A stretch of DNA of 64,000 nt, from assembly GCA_051362555.1 (NCBI GenBank), contig CM120640.1, positions 39,906,788 to 39,970,787 on the forward strand, in the 5' to 3' direction. The stretch's first letter is position 1. Each line of letters begins with the position of its first letter. The position numbers were made by a program, and so were the translations under genes. This document shows positions 53,201-64,000 of this stretch, one piece after another. Below the pieces are notes generated by a model, which had not been told where the DNA came from, did no database searches, and saw nothing but the letters and a program-made list of their open reading frames with translations. Source of the stretch: Lingula anatina (Eukaryota; Animalia; Brachiopoda).

Positions 53201-56200
53201 TTTGTTCCCCTTGTTAAATGTTCTATTTCAAACCTGTTTTCAATCTCAGCCAATTTAATGGTAAATGTAATACTTCATTTAAAGCTGTTACATTATTTGG
53301 GTTTACTGTCTTTCTTTATAATGAGAAGTAAAAGAAAATGATGCATCAAGCAGCTGTCAGAAAAATGAACATCTTCTACAAGAGAATTATACCACTTACA
53401 GTACTATCTGTGCTTTTTTTTTTTGGCTTGCTATTTGAGTTTTTTGCATGACGCAAAAGCCATTAAAGACAGTGAAATGCTTATATCAAGACCATGCAAC
53501 CTTTAAGGGATATGTTGGAAATAGTGATAAATGTCTTTACTTCTAGGGGAAAAGGTTTCTAACATGTATAAGAGTGAACTGAATGGCTATTTTATAACTA
53601 CAGCTTATTCTTTATGTATTTTTGGGTGTTTATTTTTAATTTATACTAACTATGAAGAGAATAGGTTTAAATTGCTTTACAACTGTTTTTTCTCTTTTTT
53701 ATCCTTTTTTTTTTACCTATACGAATGATGAAATGGTGAACAGCCAAATTCTGTAGAATATGATAATGTTTGAACTTCACACAAACCTTAATAATCATAA
53801 GCAAAGTACTTGGTAGGCATGGTAAAAAAAGGAAGTGTAACAATTCTGCTTTAAGAAGTTCTTCCAAAAAAATATCATGTACCTTTGCCGCACTATTCTC
53901 ACTGCTCTTGGAGACAAACAGTCAGTACTGTAGGCCTTGCCTTCCTCGTTACACACTGAGTTGGACAAGCGGCCATAGTTGGCCCGTATAATGTGCAGCA
54001 CCAGGGTCTCATTCGAACACTTCAGGTCCAAGTAGGAACCCTCGCAGGCGTGGGCTGTGATGTAGGGCATTTCACTGAAATTGGAAAATTATACATCATT
54101 AACAGCAAAAAAAAAAGTTATATCAATGTTTATTTAACATGAGGGAAAAATTAGTCTCGTCTTTGCAATTGAGGGAAAAAAGTCTGGTCTTTGTGATTGT
54201 CAGAGGTATAAGTGCATTAACATATTTACTATTCATTAGTATTCATAGTCATTCACATATGTCGTAGAAACACCACAACTGAAAATAAGATAAAATTAAA
54301 GAAAACATTTTCATGCTCTTGCTTGAAGTGGGAGCCATCATATGATTAGTTTTCACAGGGATAAAAACAACTACTAGTTAAGTAAACTGCTTTTCCAAAG
54401 TCCAAGCTGAGATCAAAAATAAGGGAAGAAGATGAAGAACAGATATATTTTGTAATGTTAAACAAATTACAGATGCATACAAAACCGCAACTGACATGAC
54501 TACTGAACTGAACCCACAGGTAAAGAATCACAATATTGGACCACACGCATTTGTCAAACTTTCTTTCACAGGGTCCTTACTAGCCCAAGGCTGTCCCTGT
54601 TCTGCACTGGGAATATCAAAATGGCAGTGTGATGTTAAGGGCAGAAGGTTGGGTTCTAGCACAATGAAATAAAATTCAAACTGAGCAAGCAGTTTCCATT
54701 TTCTTCAGACTGTCCCAATTTAAATGATTTTTAGATGATGGTCAGTGTAGTGATAACCAACACAAGTGTGAACACACTACATGATGGGTGTTATATGGGA
54801 CCAGCACAAGTGTGAACACACCACATGATGGGTGTAGTATGGGACCAGCACAAGTGTGAACACACCACATGATGGGTGTAGTATGGGACCAGCACAAGTG
54901 TGAACACACCACATGAAGGGTGTAGTATGGGACCAGCACAAGTGTGAACACACCACATGGACACAAACCATAAGGTAGACAAGAGCTTGTAGTTTACATC
55001 TATATGTATGTGTGTACTGTAGCTTCTTAGGTTATTAGGGCAAGTGTTTAGCCAAGATGAATGACCCATGAAACACCACACCTGAAACTTGAATAAATAC
55101 ACCCCAGCACAACATGTGCCCATCACAAATAGATTTCCTGTCCGATAAAAAAATGCTCTGCTTCTACTTCATTGTTTTTTTAACAAATTATTTTTCTTTT
55201 TTTACAACATCCAAGAGGATGATTTAAATCGGCCACTGTGAAATGCGAAAATGACCACAAAGAGCAACAGTGATTGAATAACTCAATCAAAAATAGAAAC
55301 CTAGTTGTAGATCACAGCAATGAAATTTAATTTGAAATTTACGTGTATACATAATGGCTCATAAAATAGAGTAAAAATGAACAAAAAATTATATTAAAGA
55401 CTGCCTTTCTTTATAATCACATGCAATGATTTTTTAGAGGAAAAAAAAACATGTCACAGATGTCACCATTTTGCTAAAATAGTCTTAGAGAAAATAAAAC
55501 CAGGAGCTGATAACTGGGTTTGGGGGTTAACAGAATGACGGAGTTTAGACAGATACAGACTGGCTAGCTTGCAGACATCTGCACTTATGGTTGGTGCTCA
55601 AAGATAAAAGTGCCTTTTAGACAAGTAAAGGACAACAGGGCCAAAGCATGTACATATAAAGAGACCTGGACACTGTCCTTTTAATACAGGATAGCCACAT
55701 CATGAATCTACTATGTTACTTTTTTCTAACCTACCCATTAGATGAGAGTCACATACAACATTAAAATAAACGGTTGAGTTACAGCAGTATAGTCTGAGGA
55801 ATTTATTTAAACCAATGACTGATTCAAACATATGATTCTGGTAAGTTTCAATTCATTTTTTCCTGCAAATACTACAGATTTATCATTTATCATTGTGTGC
55901 TTCTATCTCTAATTTCAAATATTGGAACCACTTTTATCACTGTAAAACTTGGGTGTGCCTCAATATATTCTGCCTGGATTTCATAAAAAGTAGTCTGATA
56001 TTCAAGATAACATGTGAAGTAACATCAACAGCAGGATACATAATCTAAGTTTTTTTGACAAAGGAAATATATGGAATAGTTGAAGATACAAGTGGTTCTA
56101 AAACCACACCATCAACTATAACATCTGCAACTTGACATGTTGCTGCATGACTAAAGTGAAATCTCTAAAGATGCAGTAGCATTCTTCTTTCAGTTGTGTG

Positions 56201-57245
56201 AAATGCTTCAAAATGGGTGGCAGAGTGTCAGAAATAATGGGTAAATACCATGAAAGATGTGTAGATCCAACATAAAACATCCATCAGCTGGTTTTTACTT
56301 AGCAACAGCAAATGTGCAAATACATGAAGGAATGCTGTACAAAGTCTTTCTGTTGGATAATATGATTTACTAGTATATAATTCTTGCAAAGATAAAATTG
56401 ATGAAGAAAAATTTTAAGCTGTTATTATCCTAGTTCTGAAACATTTTAATGTTGTTAAAACAGTGGCATTAAACAACTAAGTTTATACCCCGCTTACTTT
56501 GCCATGGGCACATAAGTAAGAACATAAACCAGTTACCTTTTTGGAAGACTCGAAAAAGATTTTAAAACATGCATCAAAACTGCAGTTCTCAAGTCTGCAG
56601 AAGAGGCAAGGCTGATCTTGGATGTTTGGTATTTCATACCCATTAATCATGCCAGCTTGTTTGACTTTCAAGTTCTAATTCTGCTTCTGAACACTTGAAA
56701 TTTTCAAGTAAATTTGCCTTGTTGGGGCCACAGTCATGCTGATGCTGGAGTTTTGAGTAGAAGAAAAAAAACTGGAGTGGGAGATGTCTATTTGACAGGA
56801 AGGACCGAGCTGGATTCCTAGGAATCTGCCCATTAAGACATAAGAGAAAAACATACTCTGGAAACATTCTGGTCAGTAAAATACATAAATTTTGTTAAGC
56901 TACCCCATTTAATATGGAAATGAAAAGGGCTAGCTACATACACTCTTTCTGTTTCCAAATCAAATGTTTTCGAATTTTAATTTATCAAACCATAACCAGT
57001 CTCGCTTTCCTCCCCCCCCCCCCCCCCAACAAGTACAGCATAAAATCTTAGCATCCTGCTCAAACGCGAAAAAAAAAAATTGAACCAATTAGTAGCCTGT
57101 CAAGTTGCTTATTCTTCAATGTCTGAAATGAGTTCACCATAGAATGAATTCAGCATACATCCCCCATCACTTACCTCCTCCCACCTTTAATGAGCAGGCT
57201 CTGGAGAATGAGGAAGATGACTCCTGCCTGCGCCAACCTCTCCAT
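32292..57245 (-). CDS. Cirl: Latrophilin/Cirl-like adhesion GPCR (ADGRL family): signal peptide, RBL/SUEL lectin, S/T/P stalk, HRM, GAIN/GPS, 7TM and long cytoplasmic tail
   Basis: Hand-spliced GT-AG exons in frame: 57245-57175, 54074-53883, [52177-52074 or 47566-47460], 44201-43848, 43324-43227, 42926-42735, 42458-42272, 42005-41862, 41571-41390, 41009-40963, 40746-40623, 40265-40162, 39732-39630, 39293-39140, 38792-38726, 38399-38333, 35287-35184, 34862-34694, 34165-34025, 33597-33516, 33139-32292. Motifs: ACEG...ANYGR, DPC..KY, CSFWNF...W...GC...[56 protein letters not shown]. No olfactomedin domain (invertebrate type). Confidence 0.93.
35367..38072 (+). mobile_element. Non-autonomous Helentron/HINE (DINE-1-like) element with internal tandem duplication, inside a latrophilin intron
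   Basis: 5' ATGTACAGACA at 35389-35399 pairs with the 3' end, where a 14-bp hairpin TATGTACAGACACA-TC-TGTGTCTGTACATA (38039-38068) is followed by an A-run. The core GCATAACTTCTACAATAATGGCCCGATCATGCTGATTTTCGAACTTGACCTG recurs at ~35919, ~36954 and ~37837, each copy followed by a variable GACGGC/CGGCAT microsatellite. Repeat period about 1020 bp (36151 vs 37171). Confidence 0.65.
40623..40746 (-). other. GPS autoproteolysis exon with tethered agonist (Stachel)
   Basis: Encodes [28 protein letters not shown]|[13 protein letters not shown], a canonical H-L-T cleavage site. Confidence 0.92.
43848..44201 (-). other. Mucin-like Ser/Thr/Pro stalk exon plus start of the HRM domain
   Basis: [22 protein letters not shown]...[27 protein letters not shown]. 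Phase-1 acceptor tttcag and donor G|GTAAAT. Confidence 0.88.
45040..45255. repeat. Tandem duplication, two copies of about 108 bp
   Basis: TAAATTTTCATATC[A/G]AAAGGTCCACATGTTACAGTTAGATGAGATAATG...TATTCCACAAGTTTA occurs twice with few differences. Confidence 0.9.
47460..47566 (-). CDS. Latrophilin lectin C-half, alternative exon B (107 nt)
   Basis: tcacag|G TGC CAA GGC...TGT GTT CCA G|gtagg encodes (R)[35 protein letters not shown]. Phase 2 in, phase 1 out. Confidence 0.85.
51708..51928. mobile_element. MITE (~220 bp) with TTTCACAAAA-type terminal inverted repeats
   Basis: Left TTTCACAACAGTGCTATAGCC; right GGCTATAGCACTTTTGTGAAA (reverse complement TTTCACAAAAGTGCTATAGCC, 20/21 match). Confidence 0.65.
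52074..52177 (-). CDS. Latrophilin lectin C-half, alternative exon A (104 nt)
   Basis: acctag|G TGT AAC CGG...TGT ATC TTA G|gtaag encodes (R)[34 protein letters not shown]. Phase 2 in, phase 1 out. Confidence 0.87.
53883..54074 (-). CDS. Latrophilin lectin N-half exon (single copy)
   Basis: [63 protein letters not shown]. Phase 2 in, phase 2 out. Confidence 0.92.
54761..54958. repeat. 44-bp minisatellite, about 4.5 copies
   Basis: Unit CACAAGTGTGAACACACCACATGATGGGTGTAGTATGGGACCAG starting at 54761, 54805, 54849, 54893 and 54937. Confidence 0.92.
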
Positions 57246-57357
57246 CTTCTCTCTTTCTCTCTCACCCTGATGATATAATAGTATAATGCTCCTGGTATGT
57301 GGCTTTTTATTTATTCTTTTTGCTCTGCTACCTCATGCAGCTGCATTCCATGTCTCC
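57175..57357 (-). CDS. First coding exon of latrophilin (5'UTR part plus signal peptide [23 protein letters not shown])
   Basis: Acceptor tttttgcag at 57358, AAGATGG start at 57245, hydrophobic core, and donor AG|GTAAGT in phase 2 matching the lectin exon. Confidence 0.8.
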
Positions 57358-58058
57358 CTGCAAAAACACAATAAAATGTTTATTACATAGTTGTGTGTGT
57401 ATAATGTGCACTTAAATAACCGCTGCATCAAAATAATTTTTATGAACAGTAGTTTGTAAAAAAGAAAAATAAGATGAAGGCATAAATAAAATCTGCACTT
57501 GTAAAACAGCTTTTCTTTAGCATCATTCATGGAAAAATATTTGAAGCACAGACATAAAAGGATGGACAAGAAAAATAAATACACATAATAAGAACAAAAA
57601 ATTGATAATTGATGATTCTCCTTTAAAAAAACCTTTAAAAATTATCAAATCAACTTCATAATGCAAATAAAATTAAACAAAAAACAATCTGTCAAAATCT
57701 CTGGTACAATATTGCATGCTTCCTTCACCCCTTACAAAATCAAGTCATCAAAACAGTCCTGCTGTCCCAGTAACTGTGCCATATCTATCAATCATAGAGT
57801 ACAATATTGTCACTGTCTTGGAGAGGACTCAACCATGCAATAAGAAAATTAAGAATTTCCAACAACCTATATCATATTTTAAGTCTGCTTTTTAACCAAA
57901 CAATAAGGGAAACAGGGCTACTTAAATCCTGGGGTTTCTAACACTGCAGATTCACAATCTTTTACTCTCTGAAGATTTGTTTCCCTGACATGCACTGAAA
58001 AAGTTGAGGGTGGGTTGGGGGGGGGGGGGGGGGGGGGGAGTACACAACAGATGCAAAC

Positions 58059-58304
58059 GGGGGAGTTTCACAAAAAATCTGAGGCCTGAAAATTGGTCTG
58101 AACTTTTAGCTTAAAAATTTAGTCTAACTCAGTTCAAGATAAATTCATAGCATGAATCATTAGGAATGTCTTTCTGGTCACAAAACAGACACAATACATC
58201 ATCTAATTGGACTACTAGTAAATTATCTTAGGTAAAAATGGACCATAACTGTGGTCTTAATGTTCAGACAAAATTTTGGGCTTAAGTTCTTTTGTGAAAT
58301 AGCC
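58059..58304. mobile_element. MITE (~245 bp) with the same TIR type as 51708-51928
   Basis: Left GGGGGAGTTTCACAAAAAATCTGAGGCCTGAAAATTGGTCTGAAC; right end reverse complement GGCTATTTCACAAAAGAACTTAAGCCCAAAATTTTGTCTGAAC (imperfect ~40-bp TIR). Confidence 0.65.
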
Positions 58305-61300
58305 TAGAGAACACCAGACTAACGCATGCTACAATAACCTCATCCAATGTACTTCATAACTTGCCTCCTCCTCTTATCAAACTGTGAATCACCAAGTTAA
58401 TACAAATACACTATTATTGATTTCCCGATGGTGGAAATCTATTACATGTCACAACACACACATCTATTACCCTGGGTCTACTGTATAGCTAACTGATAAT
58501 GTGCGGTTTTACTGACAAATGGGCATTTCATACTACATGATCATTTCGCATCATTATATGCACTCTGATATACTAGTTATCTGAAATGACTCTGTATGTT
58601 CAATGAACTACTTAGTTATAAAACCTAATTGAAACAAACACGTCATTCCCTGGGCCACTAACTTTGCAGTGTTGCTATGATTCATTGTGGAGATATGTCC
58701 CTTTAAAAAAATTGAAACAAATAGCAAAAATGCAGATATATTGTCTGGTTATATCAAATGTCCCATTAGTCCAAATGTTTATGACAGCTTGGCATACAAT
58801 CCACACTGTGCACTATTTTCACTCCACGCTTTATCAGGAACGCTGGTCAATTTAGACTTCTGACAGGCAGCAAGCCAGCTTAGCATGACACTACAAATAG
58901 GATTTGACCAGATCACAATTTCACATGGGCAACAGATACAATTTCCAGGAAATTTGCATTTTACTTCAAACTCCTAAAATATGACTGTCATTATCTTCAT
59001 GTGAGATTATTTTAACCTTGGCCTACTAGCATCAAATTTGTATTTCCATGCACATTAAAGAGCAGCTCTTCTGTTTAAAGTCTTTGTAGTCCTTTATCAG
59101 TGCCATTTGATGATGCAGTGAGTCATTTCCCTGCTGTACTCTGCGGATTTTACAACTGTATAAAATATATATATCATTCATGGCCATATTCAGTCCTGGC
59201 CAATTTTAAATCTATTCTGAACTAGTGAAGAGCAGGTATAATGATGCGTTGCTTATTAATATACTAGTACCAGACTGTGGGGGTTGTTTTCACAAGAGCT
59301 CGATTATGTCAAAAAATTGTTTTATAATTTAAGACCCAAAAATATGGTGTTTCAGTTTAAGATAAATACACATGTTCGCAGCAATAGAGGGGACAACACT
59401 GAACAGTGGGACTGGATTGCCTCCTTGTGGTTAGAAATTAAACTGTCTGCTGAGATGGTATCTGGTACCAGGTTAACCTGTAACAAGTGGACTACAAATG
59501 CAACGTCCAAAGGTCTGAATATGGCTAACTATTTAAAATACATACAAGAGGAAAACTCTTATAGTAACTTAAAGTAACTTTCCCATTTCAAAAAAATTCA
59601 GATATCTTTTTATTTAAAACTGCATACAGTGGAAAAGTAATAAGAATTGTTAACAAAAGATAGACAAGAGGGACCAAAATTCACCCCATCTGTCTCCCTC
59701 AATACACAGTTATTGAAATCATACTCCTTTTTTCCCTGACGCTGCCAGCAAACTTTCCATCTCAACTTCATATTTGTACTCCACACTGTCAACACCACTT
59801 AGCTGTTGTTGTTATGGAAACTAAGGATAAGAGCTCTTGGCAGCATATATAGCATGGACATAAATCTATTAGGTGGTCAGTATGGATGAGGTTCAGGTGA
59901 CATATAATGGGATGGTGTAGAGCTGGAGTCTTTTAAGGGTCAAAGTCTTGAAATATGCGTTTTCCAAAAAATTCACATTTGCCATTTTCATTTCTTTCCT
60001 TTTGTCATTAGTTCCTCAGCAAAATATTTCCATTTCTGATAATTCAGGACACACTTGCCTCTATTACCTTTTTTTTTTTTGCCTGGTAGAATAAAAGAAT
60101 GCTGCTGATATGTTTTCTCATTTTGTGTATCACAATACCATAGCAAAAAATGAAAAAAACACTTTTAACAATTAGCCATTTTCTTATGGACAAATGACCC
60201 AAGATGATCTAGGTTAAAAAAACTGCCTTTGGTTTTTGCATGAGATTCAATTGCCAAAACACACTAGACTTTAATTAGTTGTTTTTCTTCTGACAAAAAA
60301 ATTCAAAAATTGCACGGAAAGCCGTAAGTGAATTCCTGGCAAGCTGGGTGGTGAAAAACAATCCCTATGTCACCCAGATGAGCCAATTAGGGTTGGGCAT
60401 AATGCTTAGAGAAAATCTACATTGGTCATTCACACCTTCCAAAACAATCAAGCTTAATCCCAAGAGATTAACCTGGATAATATGCTTAATCAAATAATGA
60501 GGTAAGAGTTACTAACTGCATTGAATTAAGGGGAGTTGCCACGGCTTGTGATTTGCTGGCATGGACTCCCTGGAGGACAATCCTAAGACTACTAGTAAGA
60601 GTAATGTCCACCCTGTTCATTCTTGAAACCACCAGTGGGCATTCCACTTGTTCACTGTTGATATCTGTTTCACAATTTTGAATGAACTTCCATCAAGTAG
60701 GAATGCAGAAGCAATGCTTTTAGTGTTTTCTTTGGAACACCTAACCTGAGATTAAAAAAGCCAAGTCCAAAATATGAATGAGTAAAGAAAAGGATTTGCC
60801 AATATATTCATTGGGAATAATTTTGCATCTACCATATAACAACATGTTGACTAATTTGTTCTTTTCTAAAGCCCACATTAAAAGTCTGTTATCACTTATC
60901 CTTCAGCTTTTTTGACAAAAATACCAGATTAAAAAGGTTTATCTTATCACCAATTTTTCCCCCTTTTATGACAAAGAGAAAAATATACCAGCTCTGCATA
61001 CTAATCAAAGTGGCCAAACAACTTGAACTTAGAGGCCCATGTGACATCCATCATTACTGCTAAACATACTGTGACTGGGCACAGTATGGTGTCCACAAAG
61101 AACCGTAAGATCACCATTTCACAATCTTTGTGCTCCTGTCTAGTCCACAGATCTGCCAGCAGACTCCAGTCTCTTCATAAAATTACTTTTTTGTTACAGA
61201 CCATGAAATTTGAGCTGGGAATCGTGTATATCCCTATTCTCAGTTGTTCACTGAAGTGGTATTCAATATGCTTTACAAGAGTCCAATTTTCTTGTGCCAG

Positions 61301-62420
61301 CTTTTTTTTTTTTTAATCAGCATGGCAAATTTGATTCATATGATAAGAAAATATTTATAAAAAATACATAAAAATAACAATGTAATTCTAAATGCTTTGT
61401 TAAAATTATCAGAAAAGTCTTTATGTGTTCTGGCAGTCATATTGCATGGGATATTCTTAAACTGTCAAACTGTCAACTATATTTGATCTCTGTGCAAAAG
61501 ACTGAATACCGTTTTACACAGACACAGATCTAACGACTACTGCATACACACTATTTATATTTACAAACAAATTTACATGACCTCACATACTGCTGTATTT
61601 GATGGAGACAGTACCTACTGACTGATCAAGTTTCACATATAAAAGATTGCTGACAGTCGAAATCAGTGCAAGAAAACACCTACACAAATATTATCCCTAC
61701 AACACAATAGTCAACCTATACTGGGAAGTACTTACACAAGCCAAACTTGATGCACCTATTCACAAGGCTCTCTTTGCAAAGCAAACTACTGAATTGCCAG
61801 GTCTTCTGTTTTTATTTTCTCTCAATTATATATCCTCTGTGTTTCTTCTTTAAAAGCACATGACAGACAATTGCATGTCAGCAGCACGTGGTACAAGTTT
61901 TTACACCAATTTCAAGATCCAACTTCGCTACTTAAAAGCCACTGCATCATTTACTGACAAAGACATATTATGGGATACTGTTTCTTACTCGAACTCTGCT
62001 CTTGGACTTCAAACGTGCACATAATTTCAACTTTCATCTGTCCTGTTACAGTGGGGTCCGTAGGCAGTGGGGTGGGGGTGGAGTTTGGGGTTTGAACAAA
62101 ATGCCCTTTTCGACAAGAATAGTCCCACTGTTGATCAAAATTTGATCTGGGTTCAATGTTATGAACAAATTTCATGGCAAAAGGATCCACTTTTTCAGAA
62201 AATGCATCTCCCTTTGTAATTACTGGCCATGAGCCTGTGATTTATATCTGACACGAATATGATCCTCCATTTTCAGAGAGAAAATGTTTCACAAGACTGA
62301 ATGTTACAATATCAGGATTGTAGCATTCTCCCAGGTTAAGAAACCCCCTGTCACCCTATATCTATCCAGCATTCCTAGCACAAGTGCCATCATCTACAAT
62401 TTCAATTCTCTTCAACTTAC

Positions 62421-62631
62421 CTAAGATCCCAAATGCAAAGTTCAGTTTGATGATACACCTTCTTGAAACCTGAATGGGATTTCAACTGTGGAGTAATAGA
62501 CCTATCCGTCCTGCGGAGTATTGTGGAGTGGCGTAAGAGTTCCTTGCCTCTGACTGTTCCAGCCTACTATTGCGCGAATAATATCAACTGACCTGACCTC
62601 TGCTGGAGTAGGCAAGTTGGGGCTACTCTCT
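62421..62631 (-). other. Probable 5'UTR exon of latrophilin
   Basis: Acceptor cccttctcccctcag and donor TTAG|GTAAGT. GC-richer than its flanks and no ATG seen. Confidence 0.45.
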
Positions 62632-64000
62632 CTGAGGGGAGAAGGGTGTGAGACGAAAACCTACCTTATGTTACATAATTCCAGTGCTAATAAAATTTCA
62701 GCAATAGAATACATTGAAATATTGATTTGTTTTTGCGTAGAATTATTCTAGACTCCAGATTTTTTTCTGCAGTTCTTGGTAGTTTATGTCACATATTGGG
62801 AAGTAAACTGATACAGTTATGAAAAGTGGCTTATATTCCAGAAAACTGACTGAGATGCACCCAGTGAAATCACTTATTTCTTATTTGCTACCATAAGTGA
62901 TATAACACTCTTTTTTTGCCCAATTAACAAATGCTAGGGTCTAAGTTTCATTTTCAAAAACCAGATTGAAAAAAAAACTTCTTGACAAGCTGATCACCTC
63001 TTCTTGAATTGACTCATGCCAACGGAAATCAAGAGTTTCTTCCTGAATTGCCTTGCATTGGGACTGAAGAACTGTTTTTTTACAAACAGACACTCCCAGC
63101 AAAGCTCTTTCTGGTTAAGTGCATCAAAACAGATTAGTGTTTATCTGCATGGTCTCAATGGTCACATTAGTTCATAATAAAATAATGTTCAATCTGTCCT
63201 CGTTTGATTTCATTGCTCATAAACAATTACTAGCTTTCTGATAATTTGTTTAGATTTTCATACTCATTTTCATATTGTCCAGTGAAAGCCAACTAACAAT
63301 AAATCTAATTAAAAAACTGAATAATTTCTCATTTAAATGAATTGAGGAATAAATACATAAATTAATAAATTTATTAAACAATTAATTAACACATCATCTG
63401 CTTTGAAGGAGGAGAAATTTCTTAAAATCTCTAAATACATCAACTGGACAAAAATAAATATTAGAAAATTGTATACAAAGAAAATGAAGTTTATCATATA
63501 TCAAAGTACTACTATGAACTTACAAAAATAGAACTACTCACAAAGAAATAGATGACAGCCTGAAGATCAAGAAGAGATGACAAAAACTGCTGGCAGTAAA
63601 TCAAACAAATTGAGGTCTCTTGGTGGAAAATCTGCATGCAAAATAGAGTTTAAAAAAACAGTAGGAGTACCTAGTCTCATTCCTCATTTCTGAAGTGGAG
63701 AAGGGCCAGAGATAAGAGGGTCGAAAGTGAGTGTATGAAAGTGTCTGCATGTATAATGTTCAGATAGAAAAGTGGATGTAACTTAAGACAGTGTGTGTGG
63801 TAGATGGACATCCAGATTACTCTGATTGGCATCCGTCCATCAGCAAACCTCAAAAAGTTTACTGGTAAAACACACAAAATAATGGATAATTCATGGCAAG
63901 CAGGATGAAATATGCAAAATCACACTAAGAACACTTATGTAGAATACTTCCTACTTGTACATTGGTGAGTTTAAGCTTTTCTTTTAAAAAATAAAAATTA

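Noticed and set aside
44300-53880. Further lectin C-half exons (a larger Dscam-like cassette array)
   Set aside because: A by-eye scan for the reverse-complement D-P-C codon pattern found only the two exons reported. A highly diverged third copy cannot be excluded without an HMM search.
54761-54958. Regularly spaced repeats resembling a CRISPR array, and the Cys/His-rich ORFs over them
   Set aside because: The units are contiguous with no unique spacers, there are no cas genes and the context is a eukaryotic intron. The ORFs are translations of the repeat.

Overview
AT-rich, intron-rich animal genomic DNA, probably lophotrochozoan or molluscan (inferred from gene and repeat types; not provable from sequence alone). 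Four genes were reconstructed by hand. (1) The 3' part of a PARP14/15-like mono-ADP-ribosyltransferase on + (20 exons, 249-7914): three macro domains, the last two an internal exon-block duplication, then KH-like, WWE and an H-Y-I ART domain. (2,3) Two tandem minus-strand small heat-shock genes, each with two alpha-crystallin domains (13193-14143, 18803-19927). Each has a candidate non-coding first exon whose promoter pairs an HSE with a MEF2-type site. (4) A latrophilin/Cirl-type adhesion GPCR on - with a complete coding region (57245-32292). Most striking result: the C-terminal, ligand-contacting half of the latrophilin rhamnose-binding-lectin domain is encoded by two divergent paralogous exons (52074-52177 and 47460-47566). 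Their phases are identical, so exactly one must be used to keep the frame, and they are flanked by Rbfox-type TGCATG motifs in a switch-like arrangement. Also present: a Helentron/HINE-like element with internal tandem copies, MITEs, a 44-bp minisatellite, microsatellites and a possible small orphan gene near 28.1-28.8 kb. All gene models are manual predictions without transcript support.
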